Assembly: GCA_012295275.1 (NCBI GenBank)
Contig: CM022678.1
Span: forward strand, 1,488,001-1,552,000
Length of the DNA: 64,000 nucleotides
Source: Chrysomallon squamiferum
Lineage: Eukaryota > Animalia > Mollusca
Reading direction: 5' to 3'
Numbering within the stretch: position 1 is the first letter of the stretch; each line of letters opens with the position of its first letter. A program made the translations under genes and the position numbers. This document shows, piece by piece, positions 1-16,698 of the stretch. Below the pieces are notes generated by a model. It was given only the letters and a program-made list of their open reading frames with translations, had not been told where the DNA came from and ran no database searches.

Positions 1-1044
1 ATTCATGAATGTCACACAATTCATGAATGTCATTATCAGACTAAAAAATGTTAAGAATATTGGCAAAAGGCCAAAACAAACAACATGTGTTTATTTATTT
101 AAAGACAAATATTCAAAAAGAAAAAAAAAAAAATAATTATATTGCTCCCTGCAGTTATTTTCAGTTCAAAAAAAAAAAAAATAATAATAATAATAATAAT
201 AATACAGTAACAGTAATGTTAATCATAATGATTATGATGATTATAATAATCATTATGATGTGATGATGATAATAATAATAATCATAATCATGATTAGATG
301 ATGATACTAATAATCATTATTGTAGAGGTAGAAATGATGATGATGATAACAAAAATAACAGCAATAATAATGATACTAATAAAAATTATTAAATAATAAA
401 AAAGACTAACTACAAATTTATTTATTTTTTTTCTATCCATTTTATCAATTCTTCTTTTCCTAAAATAATTATTATTTGACTTAAAAGTTGTAGAAAGTAT
501 TAAAAATAAAATAAAAATAGAGAACGTCATTTGAAGTGTAATATATTATAAAATTTTATTTATTCAGCTACTAAAATATATTTTTATTTTTGTGATTGTC
601 AAAAAGAAGGATTTTTTTTTTTACATTTATTGCTGTCAAAATAATTTTATATGGTGTAAGCAAAAAAAAAAAAAAAAAAAGTTATTCATTGTTATTAAAT
701 AAATTCTTTTCTTTGGTTTCTGTAGAAATATTAAATTTAAAAAAAATTAAAATTAAATAATATTATAATTATATGTCATAACAAATAATAATGATAATCT
801 TAATAATAATAATAACAATAATAATAATAATATCTAGACTTGCTTTATATTTAAGTCATTTTTATAATTAATAATAATGCTGACATTTTCTAGACTTGCA
901 AAATTTTCCTGGGCTTTTTTTTTTTTTCGTTCTTTCTTCTTTTCTTTCTTTTTCTTCTTCATTCTTTCTTGGTTTTTTTTTTTCATTCTTTCTTAAACTC
1001 TTTTTTAACTTCCTAGATTATATTTTTTTTTTTGTAAATTCTTG

Positions 1045-1286
1045 TTATCCTGACAGAGTTTTTTCTTTAGTTTTGAAAAACATTTTCCCAGTGAATGACA
1101 TCATGCCAGTGACTTGGTGAAGTCTAAGGAATCCTGCCTGCCCACCAGACGCCAGCCACATACAGCTCATCAGATTGGGGTTGAGAGAAACCTGGAAATA
1201 GTTTTAGTACACAAAGTAATTATCTCCTCTTTGTGAGCATGTTTGTTGCGTTTCTTGTGTGAATATCTCAGTTTATACTGTATATG

Positions 1287-1362
<76 letters not shown>

Positions 1363-1475
1363 TGCAGTTAGGTGTTTAACTAATATATCTATAACTGTGC
1401 CTTTGAGTATTCAATTCATGTGCACTTATGCATCTGTATTATATTTATTGTGTTTTTTTTTATGTGTGAGTGTAT

Positions 1476-1516
<41 letters not shown>

Positions 1517-1928
1517 TAGAGAGATATATATATACATAGATATATATTGTTTATCAAAAATTTGCATAGACATACACACATAAGCAGAAATTGAAAAAAA
1601 AAGAAGAAAACAAAAATGAGAAAAACAAACACAGTTATACGACTGGTTTCTTATTTACAGCATGCTCAGTTCTGTTTATTATTAAAGTTCTCCAGCAGAC
1701 AAAGAAACATAAATCTTTTACTCCAAAGTATATTCTTGACAAACAGATGCATTAAAAAAAAAACAACGTCAAATAAAGGCCTGTATTTTATTGTGATAAG
1801 ATTTAAAGAAAGTAGTATTTTATCTGTACAGGTTTGACTTCTGCTGAAAACACTTGAAACTGCAATGTTACATTAGTAACATCAAGTACTTTGTATGCTT
1901 CACAGATAAAGATTTGCTTTATCTATTG

Positions 1929-1982
<54 letters not shown>

Positions 1983-3901
1983 CTCTCTCTCTCTCTCATA
2001 AATATTATTTAATTTCATTAAATCAGTAAAACAGTGTTATAAAATATAATTTAATAGAAAAAAAATTGAATGTTTATATAAATATAATTTTACTTGATAA
2101 AATTTTAACTGGTACCAGTCTGCAAATAACTGTGGAATAGAAATACCTTGTGTATGGCTTGCAGTGGATAATGAGAAAGTTTTTCCGAAGGCATTGAGAG
2201 GTAGGTAGCTGCCATACTGTCTGCTTTTAGTTGTGTGTCCTTGAAAATCAAATAGAATTAAATTAAATTAAATTAAACTAAATTAAATTAAATTAAAAAA
2301 TAAATTAAATTAAATTAAATTAAATTAAATTAAAAATTAAATTAAATTAAATTAAATTAAATTAAATTAAAAATTAAATTAAATTAAAAAAATTAAATTA
2401 AATTAAATTAAATTAAATTAAAAATTAAATTAAATTAAATTAAATTAAATTAAATTAATCTAAATTAATCTAAACTAAATTAAATTAAACTAAATTAAAT
2501 TTAAACTGAATTTATTTGACAAAAAACATTAATATAACTGTTATATAAGGAAAATATTTAATTAAATTTAAATAAATTTTCAAATGAAATAGATAGTTAA
2601 AAGATAAACAATATAGTAATAAATGTTACAAAAACATAATTTAAATTTTAGAAATAAAGTCTTAAAAAGTGTTTAATTAATAAAAAGATAATGTTTATTT
2701 ATTAACATGTATTTCATTAACAGAGTAATAATTGTAAGCTGTATTAATGTGAATATGTCTAGAAACAATTGAAAATGATTACTGAAATACTCAAAATGAA
2801 AAATTAGCTGTTTCAAAACAGTTTAAAATTATAAAATAAATATTGAATTCAATGTGTTATATACAATATTTTTTAAAAAATAACAATAATAATTTTTAAC
2901 ATAAAAGGAATAATTATTATTTTTTCTTCTTTTTTATTTTAAAAAAACAGAAAAAAAAGATGATTTTTATCAATTCAAACATTTTAGACCTATTTCACTA
3001 AAAACAAATTTAATATGTAATAATGTTTTTAATTAATGTTTCAAACAAATAACTGACAATCTCACCATTTCCCTGTCGACAAATTTCATATGTAACAATG
3101 TTTTTTTTCAATGTTTTAAACAAATAACTGACAGTCTCACCATTTCCCTGTCGACAAATTCCATATGTAATAATGTTTTTTTTAATGTTTTAGACAAATA
3201 ACTTTTTTTCCCTGTCGAAAATTCCATATGTTTGTTTTTTTTTTTAATGTTTTAACAAATAACTGACAGTCTCACCATTTCCCTGTCGACAAATTTCATA
3301 TGTAACAATGTTTTTTTTCAATGTTTTAAACAAATAACTGACAGTCTCACCATTTCCCTGTCGACAAACTCCATATGTAATAATGTTTTTTTTTAATGTT
3401 TTAGACAAATAACTGACAGTCTCACCATTTCCCTGTCGACAAATTCCATATGTAATAATGTTTTTTTAAAGTTTTAAACAAATAACTGACAGTCTCACCA
3501 TTTCCCTGTCCACAAACTCCACATCTGCTGTGGAGATGATCTCGGAGTAACCTGCGGGAAAACTTTCCTCTGATTGGTCGTCTTCCACAGGACTTCCTCC
3601 TCAGCTCAACGTTGTAAATTGTCTGAATATTTCAAATTTTACACTTAAAATACATCATTTAAAAAAAATATATATATATATATACATGAAAGAAAGGCAT
3701 AAAATCCAGAATAAATCATCTAAATAATATTTAGAAAAATAAAATAAGTTTAATAAAACACAAGAAAAAACAAAGACAAAAAATTATAATAAAATAAAAT
3801 GAAATGGAAACGAAATGAAATAATAAAATAAAAATAGTAACAAAATAAAATAAATAAAATAAAAAATAAATAAATAATAAATAAATAAATAAATAAAATA
3901 A

Positions 3902-3936
<35 letters not shown>

Positions 3937-4505
3937 AAAAATAATTGTTTTAGAAGAATGAAATAAAAACAGATAAATAAATAAACAGGTAAATAAACAG
4001 ATAAATAAACAGATAAATAAACAGATAAATAAATAAACAGATAAATAAACATTCTGCGTACAAATCTTCGTTTTGCGACGTTCTTCATGTCGACGTCTTC
4101 AGACAAGTTGACAGCTTTGTGTCCCACGATGCTTCCACCAGAGTCACAGCTCAGCACAAAGTTAAACAACGGAGAGAAAGCCACATCCTGTAAACAAACA
4201 AACAAAGAAATAAACAAACAAACAAACAAACAAACAAATAAATAAAACAAACAAACAAACAAACAAACAATAAACAAACAAACAAATAATAAACAAACAA
4301 ACAAATAAACAAACAAATAATAAATAAACAAACAAATAAAGAAATAAAGAAATAAAGAAATAAAGAAAAAAAAAATAAGAAAATAAGAAATAAATAATTA
4401 AACATATAAGAAAATAAAAATAAATAAATAAATAAATAAAAATAAATAAGTAAAAAATAAATAAATAAGAAAATAAGAAATAAATAAACATATAAGAAAA
4501 TAAAA

Positions 4506-4545
<40 letters not shown>

Positions 4546-5841
4546 AAATAAGAAAATAAATAAATAAATAAATAAATAAGAAAATAAGAAATAAATAATT
4601 AAACATATAAGAAAATATTAATAAATAAATAAATAAATAATAAATAAGAAAATAAATAAATAAATAAATAAATAAATAAGAAAATAAACAAATATAAAAT
4701 TCAAATACATGGAAAAAGAAAAGAAGTAAATATGTATAAAAATAAATAAAAATAATATTAATAATAATTTCAACAGAATATAAACAGAATGTTTTAATAA
4801 ATAAACAAAAAAAATTAGAAAATTAAAATACATATAAATAAATAAAGTTATGTAAAGGAAATAAACAGAAAAAAAAAACAAAATAAAATAATTCCATGGA
4901 AAAAAATAAATAATTATTATGATTAGCAAAAAAAATGTTCTTACCCAGGCACATGAGTTGTGGACAGTGAGTGGACCTTTAAACATACCGGTCAGTCCTC
5001 TGTAGCCACACTCCAGAAAATGGACACCTGTGTGTTCCAAACTGCAAAACAGTTGTTTTGTTATCAATAAATCAATAAATAAATAAATAAAAAAGTAATA
5101 TATGTAAATAAATAAACATAAATAAAAGCATATAAAAGCAAATAAATAAATAAAGAAAGAAAGAAAGAAAGAAAGTTAGAAAGAAAAATAAATAATATAA
5201 TATAATATAATATAATATAATATAATTTATATAACATAATATAATATAATATATAAATAAATAAGCATAAATAAAAGCAAATAAATAAATAAATCAACAA
5301 TTGTTGAATAATTCTCAAAGTAGCAAAAAATAACAATAACAATAACAATAACAATAATAATAACATTAATAACACTTTAAATAAAAAAACCAGAACAAAT
5401 AATTAAAAGCCTATAAACAAACAAACAAACAATTTAACAAATGAATACTACACACACACATGTTCAATTTACAGATTCAAAAATCACAGTCACGTACCTG
5501 TACCCATCATCCTTCGCCACCAGCACCCCACAGTTCAGTGGCCCCGCCCACTCGCAGGACGTGACCGGTCCTATCTCCACCTGGAAGTAGGGTTTCGACG
5601 GATTGTTCATGTTCCAGAACTTCAGCTGCTTGTCGTAGCTTGCCGTGGAAAAAGTCGAAGGCAGAAACGGATTCCATTTACAGTGCATCACCATGCGCTG
5701 GTGTCCCTTGAATGTCCAGAACGGTAAAATCTGCAGTTCTGGCGACGATGTGACGAGAAGAGGCGACGATGTCATCAGATCCCAGATTTGTATGTATCCT
5801 GATTAAACATTTATTATTGTATTATTATTATTATTATTATT

Positions 5842-5877
<36 letters not shown>

Positions 5878-5883
5878 ATTTTT

Positions 5884-5928
<45 letters not shown>

Positions 5929-6022
5929 GTTTGTTGTTATTTTTATTATTATTATTGTTTTTGTCATTTTTATTATTGTTATTATTTTATTATTATTATT
6001 ATTATTATTATTGTTATTGTTA

Positions 6023-6066
<44 letters not shown>

Positions 6067-9000
6067 GTCATTGCTGCTACAATTGCTACTAGCACAATGT
6101 TCAGACATTATATATATTTTTTTTATTGTTATTATTAATTATCATTAATAATGTAAATATATCAGTATTATTACTTAGTCATTACTGTTATTATCATTAT
6201 TTTCATTGCTATATGCTCTGTTACACACTGAACAGACAGATGAACAGACGGACAGACAGACAGACATATTTGCAATTTTACCTTTTGCATATCCTGCCAT
6301 AATGTTGCGACATTCCTTGCCTGGTTGCCAAGCAACAGATAAACATGATCCTAAATCTAGAACAGAGAATAACATACAAAACATATAGATTGATGTTTTA
6401 ATTATGAAACCAACACTGTTGAAAACTTAGATAAGTAAAAGAAAAACCACAATAATAATAATTTTAATAAAAATAAAGATTTTAAAAATGTCAGTCTTCT
6501 GATGTTTTCATTAAGAAATACCACACGTGTGACATACTACTCATTTTGCTGGAAGGGGTCAAATATCTCTTTTAATTGCTTTATGTTACAAATTATTTAT
6601 TTTTCATTAAGGGCTTTAATCAAAACCAAATGATATTTTTAAATTTAACATCAATATTTAAAAAAAAAATTTCATTGCAATTATAATTTTTTTTAATTAC
6701 TATAGTTTTATTATTATTTTTATTAATGTCACAATGAAAATGAAAAGAGGAGTAAAAAACTATACCAGACACTGGTCTAATCTGCAGGACAATGGAAGGA
6801 GGTGGACGACAGATCATGGTCAGTGACTGGACTTCAGAAGAATCAGGCTGGGAGAGAACTTCTGGGTGTGGAATACTGGAAATATAAAACACACAGACAC
6901 AGTGTGAATCTATCACAGTATACACTGAGCAGAGATTGAAATACTGGAAATATAAAACACACAGACACAGTGTGAATCTATCACAGTATACACTGAGCAG
7001 AGATTGAAATACTGGAAATATAAAACACAGACACAGTGTGAATCTATCACAGTATACACTGAGCAGAGCATTGAAATACTGGAAATATAAAACACAGTGT
7101 GTGAATCTATCACAGTATACACTGAGCAGAGATTGAAATACTGGAAATATAAAACACAGTGTGAATCTATCACAGTATACACTGAGCAGAGATTGAAATA
7201 CTGGAAATATAAAACACACAGACACAGTGTGAATCTATCACAGTATACACTGAGCAGAGATTGAAATACTGGAAATATAAAACACAGTGTGAATCTATCA
7301 CAGTATACACTGAGCAGAGATTGAAATACTGGAAATATAAAACACAGTGTGAATCTATCACAGTATACACTGAGCAGAGATTGAAATACTGGAAATATAA
7401 AACACAGTGTGAATCTATCACAGTATACACTGAGCAGAGATTGAAATACTGGAAATATAAAACACACAGACACAGTGTGAATCTATCACAGTATACACTG
7501 AGCAGAGATTGAAATACTGGAAATATAAAACACAGTGTGAATCTATCACAGTATACACTGAGCAGAGATTGAAATACTGGAAATATAAAACACAGACACA
7601 GTGTGAATCTATCACAGTATACACTGAGCAGATATTGAAATACTGGAAATATAAAACACACAGACACAGTGTGAATCTATCACAGTATACACTGAGCAGA
7701 GATTGAAATACTGGAAATATAAAACACAGACACAGTGTGAATCTATCACAGTATACACTGAGCAGAGATTGAAATACTGGAAATATAAAACACAGACACA
7801 GTGTGAATCTATCACAGTATACACTGAGCAGATATTGAAATACTGGAAATATAAAACACACAGACACAGTGTGAATCTATCACAGTATACACTGAGCAGA
7901 GATTGAAATACTGGAAATATAAAACACAGACACAGTGTGAATCTATCACAGTATACACTGAGCAGAGATTGAAATACTGGAAATATAAAACACAGTGTGA
8001 ATCTATCACAGTATACACTGAGCAGAGATTGAAATACTGGAAATATAAAACACAGACACAGTGTGAATCTATCACAGTATACACTGAGCAGAGATTGAAA
8101 TACTGGAAATATAAAACACACAAACACAGTGTGAATCTATCACAGTATACACTGAGCAGATATTGAAATACTGGAAATATAAAACACAGTGTGAATCTAT
8201 CACAGTATACACTGAGCAGAGATTGAAATACTGGAAATATAAAACACAGACACAGTGTGAATCTATCACAGTATACACTGAACAGAGATTGAAATACTGG
8301 AAATATAAAACACAAACACAGTGTGAATCTATCACAGTATACACTGAGCAGAGATTGAAATACTGGAAATATAAAACACACAGACACAGTGTGAATCTAT
8401 CACAGTATACACTGAGCAGATATTGAAATACTGGAAATATAAAACACAGAAACACAGTGTGAATCTATCACAGTATACACTGAGCAGATATTGAAATACT
8501 GGAAATATAAAACACACAGACACAGTGTGAATCTATCACAGTATACACTGAGCAGATATTGAAATACTGGAAATATAAAACACAGTGTGAATCTATCACA
8601 GTATACACTGAGCAGAGATTGAAATACTGGAAATATAAAACACACAGACACAGTGTGAATCTATCACAGTATACACTGAGCAGAGATTGAAATACTGGAA
8701 ATATAAAACACAGAAATACTGGAAATATAAAACACAGTGTGAATCTATCACAGTATACACTGAGCAGAGATTGAAATACTGGAAATATAAAACACAGTGT
8801 GAATCTATCACAGTATACACTGAGCAGAGATTGAAATACTGGAAATATAAAACACAGTGTGAATCTATCACAGTATACACTGAGCAGAGATTGAAATACT
8901 GGAAATATAAAACACAGACACAGTGTGAATCTATCACAGTATACACTGAGCAGATATTGAAATACTGGAAATATAAAACACAGTGTGAATCTATCACAGT

Positions 9001-10543
9001 ATACACTGAACAGAGATTGAAATACTGGAAATATAAAACACAGACACAGTGTGAATCTATCACAGTATACACTGAGCAGAGATTGAAATACTGGAAATAT
9101 AAAACACAGACACAGTGTGAATCTATCACAGTATACACTGAGCAGAGATTGAAATACTGGAAATATAAAACACACACACAGTGTGAATCTATCACAGTAT
9201 ACACTGAGCAGATTTTGAAATACTGGAAATATAAAACACACACACAGTGTGAATCTATCACAGTATACACTGAGCAGAGATTGAAATACTGGAAATATAA
9301 AACACAGTGTGAATCTATCACAGTATACACTGAGCAGAGATTGAAATACTGGAAATATAAAACACACAGACACAGTGTGAATCTATCACAGTATACACTG
9401 AGCAGAGATTGAACTACTGGAAATATAAAACACACAGACACAGTGTGAATCTATCACAGTATACACTGAGCAGAGATTGAAATACTGGAAATATAAAACA
9501 CAGTGTGAATCTATCACAGTATACACTGAGCAGAGATTGAAATACTGGAAATATAAAACACAGTGTGAATCTATCACAGTATACACTGAGCAGAGATTGA
9601 AATACTGGAAATATAAAACACAGACACACTGAGCAGAGAAAATATAAAACACAGTGTGTGAATCTATCACAGTATACACTGAGCAGAGATTGAAATACTG
9701 GAAATATAAAACACAGACACAGTGTGAATCTATCACAGTATACACTGAGCAGAGATTGAAATACTGGAAATATAAAACACAGACACAGTGTGAATCTATC
9801 ACAGTATACACTGAGCAGAGATTGAAATACTGGAAATATAAAACACAGTGTGAATCTATCACAGTATACACTGAGCAGAGATTGAAATACTGGAAATATA
9901 AAACACACAGACACAGTGTGAATCTATCACAGTATACACTGAGCAGAGATTGAAATACTGGAAATATAAAACACAGTGTGAATCTATCACAGTATACACT
10001 GAGCAGAGATTGAAATACTGGAAATATAAAACACAGTGTGAATCTATCACAGTATACACTGAGCAGAGATTGAAATACTGGAAATATAAAACACAGACAC
10101 AGTGTGAATCTATCACAGTATACACTGAGCAGAGATTGAAATACTGGAAATATAAAACACACAGACACAGTGTGAATCTATCACAGTATACACTGAGCAG
10201 AGATTGAAATACTGGAAATATAAAACACAGTGTGTGTGAATCTATCACAGTATACACTGAGCAGAGATTGAAATACTGGAAATATAAAACACAGACACAG
10301 TGTGAATCTATCACAGTATACACTGAGCAGAGATTGAAATACTGGAAATATAAAACACAGACACAGTGTGAATCTATCACAGTATACACTGAGCAGAGAC
10401 CAAATTACAATTCATGCACACATGTAAATACACACGTTACATTATATAATAACATGTATGACAATAAACAGACATTTACATCCCCTCCTCAAACACATAT
10501 ACATGTATAAACATACATTTTCATTCACACACACACCCACACC

Positions 10544-10589
<46 letters not shown>

Positions 10590-10671
10590 CACACACATAA
10601 ACTTAAAAAATCATTTTTTTTTTTATAAAAAATTATATTCATTGACAAATATGCTGCATACATAGACAAGT

Positions 10672-10718
<47 letters not shown>

Positions 10719-11385
10719 TATACACACACCCACACAATAATATATTTGCTTACAAACACATTACACACTAAAATATAATGTACATTCAGATATAAACACA
10801 TACATCCTTACATACATATGTATATTTACATATCAGACACAATATTAAAAAACACAGACAAACAGACAATCAGATATTTGCCTGTCTCTGTATAAAACTA
10901 TTAACTAAATCTGTTCACCTGTAAATAAAAACTTCTCCTGTAGAACAGCCCAAGGCCAGTAACCCTAGTCGAGGTAGGAACTCTTCTGACTGTGAGACAG
11001 AATAAATTTTAAAAAATCAATTAAAACTTGTAATTCAGATCAATTAAAAAAAAAAAAAAAAAAAATTAAAAGAAGTTAAAAAAATAATAATAATAAACAT
11101 ATATAAACAAAAATAAAATAAAGTAAGTGGCAAGTTTGTGTGGGAGGTCAGGGTTCAAAGGTTAAATGTGAGGACTCACGTTATCTTCGTTAAGGTACTC
11201 GACTGGGTTTTCCCAGGCGCCATTTGGACACCAGCAGACGCTGCGCACTGGACCAACATCGTGAGCAACAGACACAGACAAAACAGGTTGTGGAATGAAC
11301 TTGCTGAAAGATACGTAATAATGGAATGAAATAATAATAATAATGAAAACAATAATGACAATACCATAATAATAATAATAATAAC

Positions 11386-11416
<31 letters not shown>

Positions 11417-11491
11417 TAATAATAATAATAATGATAATAATAAATATAAAATAATAAATAATAATGATAATGATAATAATGTGGTGAGACA

Positions 11492-11578
<87 letters not shown>

Positions 11579-11620
11579 GTATGATGATAATGAATAATAA
11601 TAATAGTAATAATAATAATG

Positions 11621-11684
<64 letters not shown>

Positions 11685-13616
11685 TGATGATGATGATAAT
11701 GATATTAATAACATTGATAATAATAAAAATAGTAATAATATCCATGATTATTAAAACTAACAATAATAAAAATAAAAAATACTAAAAATACCTCACGCAT
11801 TATTATCTGAAACTTACAAAAAGACTAAAATAAAAAGTCCACTAACATGAAATGTTATTTAAAACGTCCATTATTTTTGAAACTACTAAAACTATAAAAC
11901 TAACACTATTTTTTTTGAAACTACTAAAACTATAAAACTGTTATTTTTGAAACTACTAAAACTATAAAACTGTTATTTGTGAAAGCAGAGATCAGACGCA
12001 CTCCTGACTGTTGAGAATTCCGAAACTCCAGATCTGTACGAGTCCGGGCTCCGGAACTGATTCGTGAGGCCGATGGTTGCTCTCCATCGAACGGTCGCAC
12101 ACGAGAGCCACGAACTGCCGCGCAGACTCCTCACTCGGAATCGGACACCACTCTATCCCCCACACCGTCCCCCACAAAAATAGTCGACTGGTCTGAAGTT
12201 AAAACAAATGTGCTGCAAGTTAATTTTGCGTTTCAGAAATTTTCTGTTTATAAACACAATTAAAAAAAGAACGAAAATGAGTGTATCTGTGTATACATGT
12301 GTACGTACGTATGTACATATGTACAGACATTACATATCTACATACACACACACACACACATATACATACATAGATATAGTATTTTTTACTATTTCTATTA
12401 ATAGATTATATTAGCTTTTTTTTACTATTATTACTTTTATTTATTTAATACATCTATTTATTTATTTGTTGTTACTATCCAAATAATAATTATTATTATC
12501 TTTAATTTTGTTTTTAATGCTTTTATATTATTATTATTGCTTTTATAATCATCATCATTATTAAATGAATATAAATAAACTAAGTGTATTTTTAACTTTC
12601 TCATTGTTTCTTTATAACTTCATGTCTACTATTCTTTAAAAAAAAAAAAAATATTAAATCATTATTTCTACTATTTATTTATATTTTATTATAATTTTAT
12701 TTATTTTATTTTACTTCTTTATTATTTAATTCTGTTTTATTCTGTTTGTTGTTGTTGTTTTGTTTGTTGGCAGTTTCATGGTTTATTTATTTAGTTCTTT
12801 TTGTTCTATTTGTTGTTTTTTTGGGGGGTTTTGTTGTTGTTTTTTTTGATTTGTTTACCTTTTGTTGTGTATGACTCAGTCCACATCAGTCTTCTGATGT
12901 CTGATTTGACATTTTTATGTGTCACCCAAAAATCTGGACTAACCAAAGTCTCAGGCAAATATTTTTCTCTTTCTCTACAAAAAAAGAAATTGTAAAATAA
13001 ATCATAATTTCAGAACATATATAAATAAATATTAACAAAAAATATATCCTAATTATATATTCTTCAGACCAAAAAAAAAAGGTAATATTGGTACTAGACC
13101 TTTAATAATGATAAATGCTCAAAGCTTGGTTGCACTAACAAAACAATAAATCAGATAATCATCTTTAAAAGGGTTAAAATGAAAACAAATCCACTTTAAT
13201 TTCAGAGATTAGGTGTTTGTACAATGAAGTGAAAAAGGCTAACATTAAGGAGGAGGCCACTTTGACTTTCACATCGTATTTTCAAACAGTTGAAAGGAGG
13301 GTTTAGAAGGGGTTAAACTGAGGGATGACCTACTCTCCGTCCAGGGGCGTCCAGTCACGGACTGCTGGTCTGAGGAGGGGGAAGATGCAGTCGGGTTTTT
13401 CCTGGGCTTGCAGGACGCCACATACCACAGGGAAAACATCGGGGTTGTCAAACACGTTGTAGGCACTGTGACCAGCTGACTTCCTCAGCGACTTCGACGC
13501 TGTTAGTTTGACTGTGTTAAATAAATAAATAAATAAGTAAATAAGTAAGTAAGTAAATAATTAAATAAATAAATATATAAATAAATATACAAATAAATAT
13601 ATAATAAATAAGTAAG

Positions 13617-13651
<35 letters not shown>

Positions 13652-16600
13652 ACAAATAAATAAATAAGTAAATAAATATATAAATAAATAAACAAATAAA
13701 TGAATAAGTAAATAAATAAATAAATAAATAAGTAAGTAAGTAAATAAATAAATAAACAAATAAATGAATAAGCAAATAAATAAATAAATAAATAAGTAAG
13801 TAAATAAATAAATAAATAAACGAATAAATGAATAAGTAAATAAATAAATAAGTAAATAAATAAATAAATAAATAAATATATAACTAAATAAATAAATAAA
13901 TAAATAAGTAAATAAGTAAATATATAAATAAATAAATAAATAAATAAAATTTATATTTGCAATAAAGAAAAAGAAGAATAAAAAGAGAATTAACAACAAA
14001 GAAGAAATAAAAGTGATCCAGATGAATAAACAGACAGAAATAAATAAAACAGACAAATGTATGCAGAGAGAGAAAACAGAAAGAAACAGACAGATTATGA
14101 GAGAAAAGAAACAGAAAGAAACAGACAGATGTATAACAAAAGAAACAGACAGATGTATTAAACAGAAAGAAACAGACAGATGTATGCAGAAAGAGAAACA
14201 GAGAGACAGAAAGAAACAGACAGATGTATGCAGACAGAGAGACAGAGAGAAAAGAAACAGACAGATGTATGCAGAGAGAGAGAAACAGAAAGAAACAGAC
14301 AGATGTATGCAGAGAGAGAAGAAAAAACAGAAAGAGACAGATGTATGCAGAGACAGAGAGACAGAGAGACAGAAAGAAACAGACAGATGTATGCAGAGAG
14401 AGAGAAACAGAAAGAAACAGACAGATGTATGCAGAGACAGAGAAACAGAAAGAAACAGACAGATGTATGCAGAGACAGAGAAACAGAAAGAAACAGACAG
14501 ATGTATGCAGAGAGAGAGAAACAGAAAGAAACAGACAGATGTATGCAGAGACAGAGAAACAGAAAGAAACAGACAGATGTATGCAGAGACAGAGAAACAG
14601 AAAGAAACAGACAGATGTAAGAGAGAGAAAACAGAAAGAAACAGACAGATGTATGCAGAGACAGAGAGACAGAAAGAAACAGACAGATGTATGCAGAGAG
14701 AGAGAAACAGAAAGAAACAGACAGATGTATGCAGAGACAGAGAAACAGAAAGAAACAGACAGATGTATGCAGAGACAGAGAAACAGAAAGAAACAGACAG
14801 ATGTATGCAGAGACAGAGAGACAGAAAGAAACAGAACGATAAAGACAGGGGTACTACAGAGACAGAGAGAAGAAAACAGATAAAAATAATAAAACAACAG
14901 CAATTATGACATTTTGAAAACACTGACTGTGAAATAATAATAACAGTGGAGAAGAGAAATCTGTCGTGTTACCGTTATTTGATAATTCAATAGCAGAATT
15001 CACATCATAATCTGCATCAACTTCCTTTTTTCTTCGTTTGTGTCGCTTCGGGTTTGGGTCAACAGCATCAAGGTCGTTTATACTTTCCAGAGCTCTGGAA
15101 TAATTAAAACAGTTTCATTTAATTAGTCTGTATATTTAAATTAATGTATATATTTCTTATTTTATATTTTTAATCTTTTTTCTGTTTGCATTTTTATTTG
15201 TTTTGTTCTCTTAATAGTATGTATGACTTTCTCAAAAACTTCTTTTTTGTTTCTTTTTTTTTAACAGAATAAACAATTATAATTTAAAAATTTTCAAATT
15301 TATCTCTTGTATTTAATTTTCATTTTAATGTTTGTCAACTTTCAATTTTTATAGTTTTTAATTTTCATTTTCTCTTTTGCATTTTTATTCATATTTTCTT
15401 CAATAGCAGTTTTTCACTTTTCATTTTGTAACTAATATAATATACACAATTTTCATATCAACTTTGTCTGATAATTTTTTTATTTTCATAATTTAATTTA
15501 AATTCATTTTATTTTCTTCAGCTCTCATGACTTTGTCATACGGATTTTCTTTAACAAGACATTTTGTTTTCAAATTATATTTTCATAACCAGACATTATT
15601 CAATTTATACTTTACACACTTAAAAGATTCAATCAGTTTTCAAAATGAACCCACTTTTTTGCTGCAACTCGTTTTCTGATTCCCATTTTGTTCAGTTCGA
15701 CGTCCTCGCCGGTCGTGTTTTTGTTTCGTTCGTTCATCAGCGCGAGCTGAGCGTTCACCTTCTCCGACGTCCCTCTGCGCCTTCTCGTGCGCGTACACGT
15801 GCTGTGACATGAACATCCGCTTCTGTAGCTTGTTACACACCTTACACAGCTCCCTCTCATCCTGCTCACAAACAAACAAACAAACAAACAAATAAACAAA
15901 CAAATAAGTTAGATAAATAAATAAACAAACAAACAAATAAATAAACAAACAAGTAAGTAGATAAATAAACAAACAAATAAACAAACAAACAAATAAACAA
16001 ACAAATAAATAAATAAACAAACAAGTAAGTTAGATAAATAAACAAACAAACAAACAAACAAATAAACAAGTAAGTAAAAAATAATTAAACAAACAAGTAG
16101 ATAAACAAACAAACAAACAACAAATAAAAAATAAATAAATAAACAAATCAGTAATAGATATATAAACAAACAAACAAACAAATAAATAAACAAACAAATA
16201 AAAAATAAACAAACAAATAAAAAATAAACAAACAAACAAAAACAAATTTAAACAAACAAAATAAATAAATAAACAAACAAACAAATAAACAAGTATATAT
16301 AATTAAACAAACATATAGATAAATAAACAAATAAACAACAAATAAAAAATAAATAAATAAAAAAATAATATATAAACAAATATAAGTAAATAAATATATA
16401 AAATAAATGAAAGTAAAGAAATAACAATATAAGAAATAAACAAATAAATAAATGAAATAAACAACAAATAATAATAAATAAATAAAAAATAAAATAAAAT
16501 AAGCAACAAATAAAAAAAAATAAAAAATCAGTAGATATATAAACAAAAGTAAGTAAATAAATATATATAAATAAATGAAAAAACAAATGAGAGTAAATAA

Positions 16601-16666
16601 ATAAATAATAACACAAACATAAGTAAATAAGTAAAACAATAAATATAAATAAATTTAAAAAAAAAC

Positions 16667-16698
<32 letters not shown>

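Noticed and set aside
6872-10398. CRISPR-like array, or repetitive proteins (YWKYKTQCESITV / SVYCDRFTLC ORFs)
   Set aside because: There are no unique spacers and no cas genes, and it lies in a eukaryotic intron. The ORFs are translations of a head-to-tail minisatellite.
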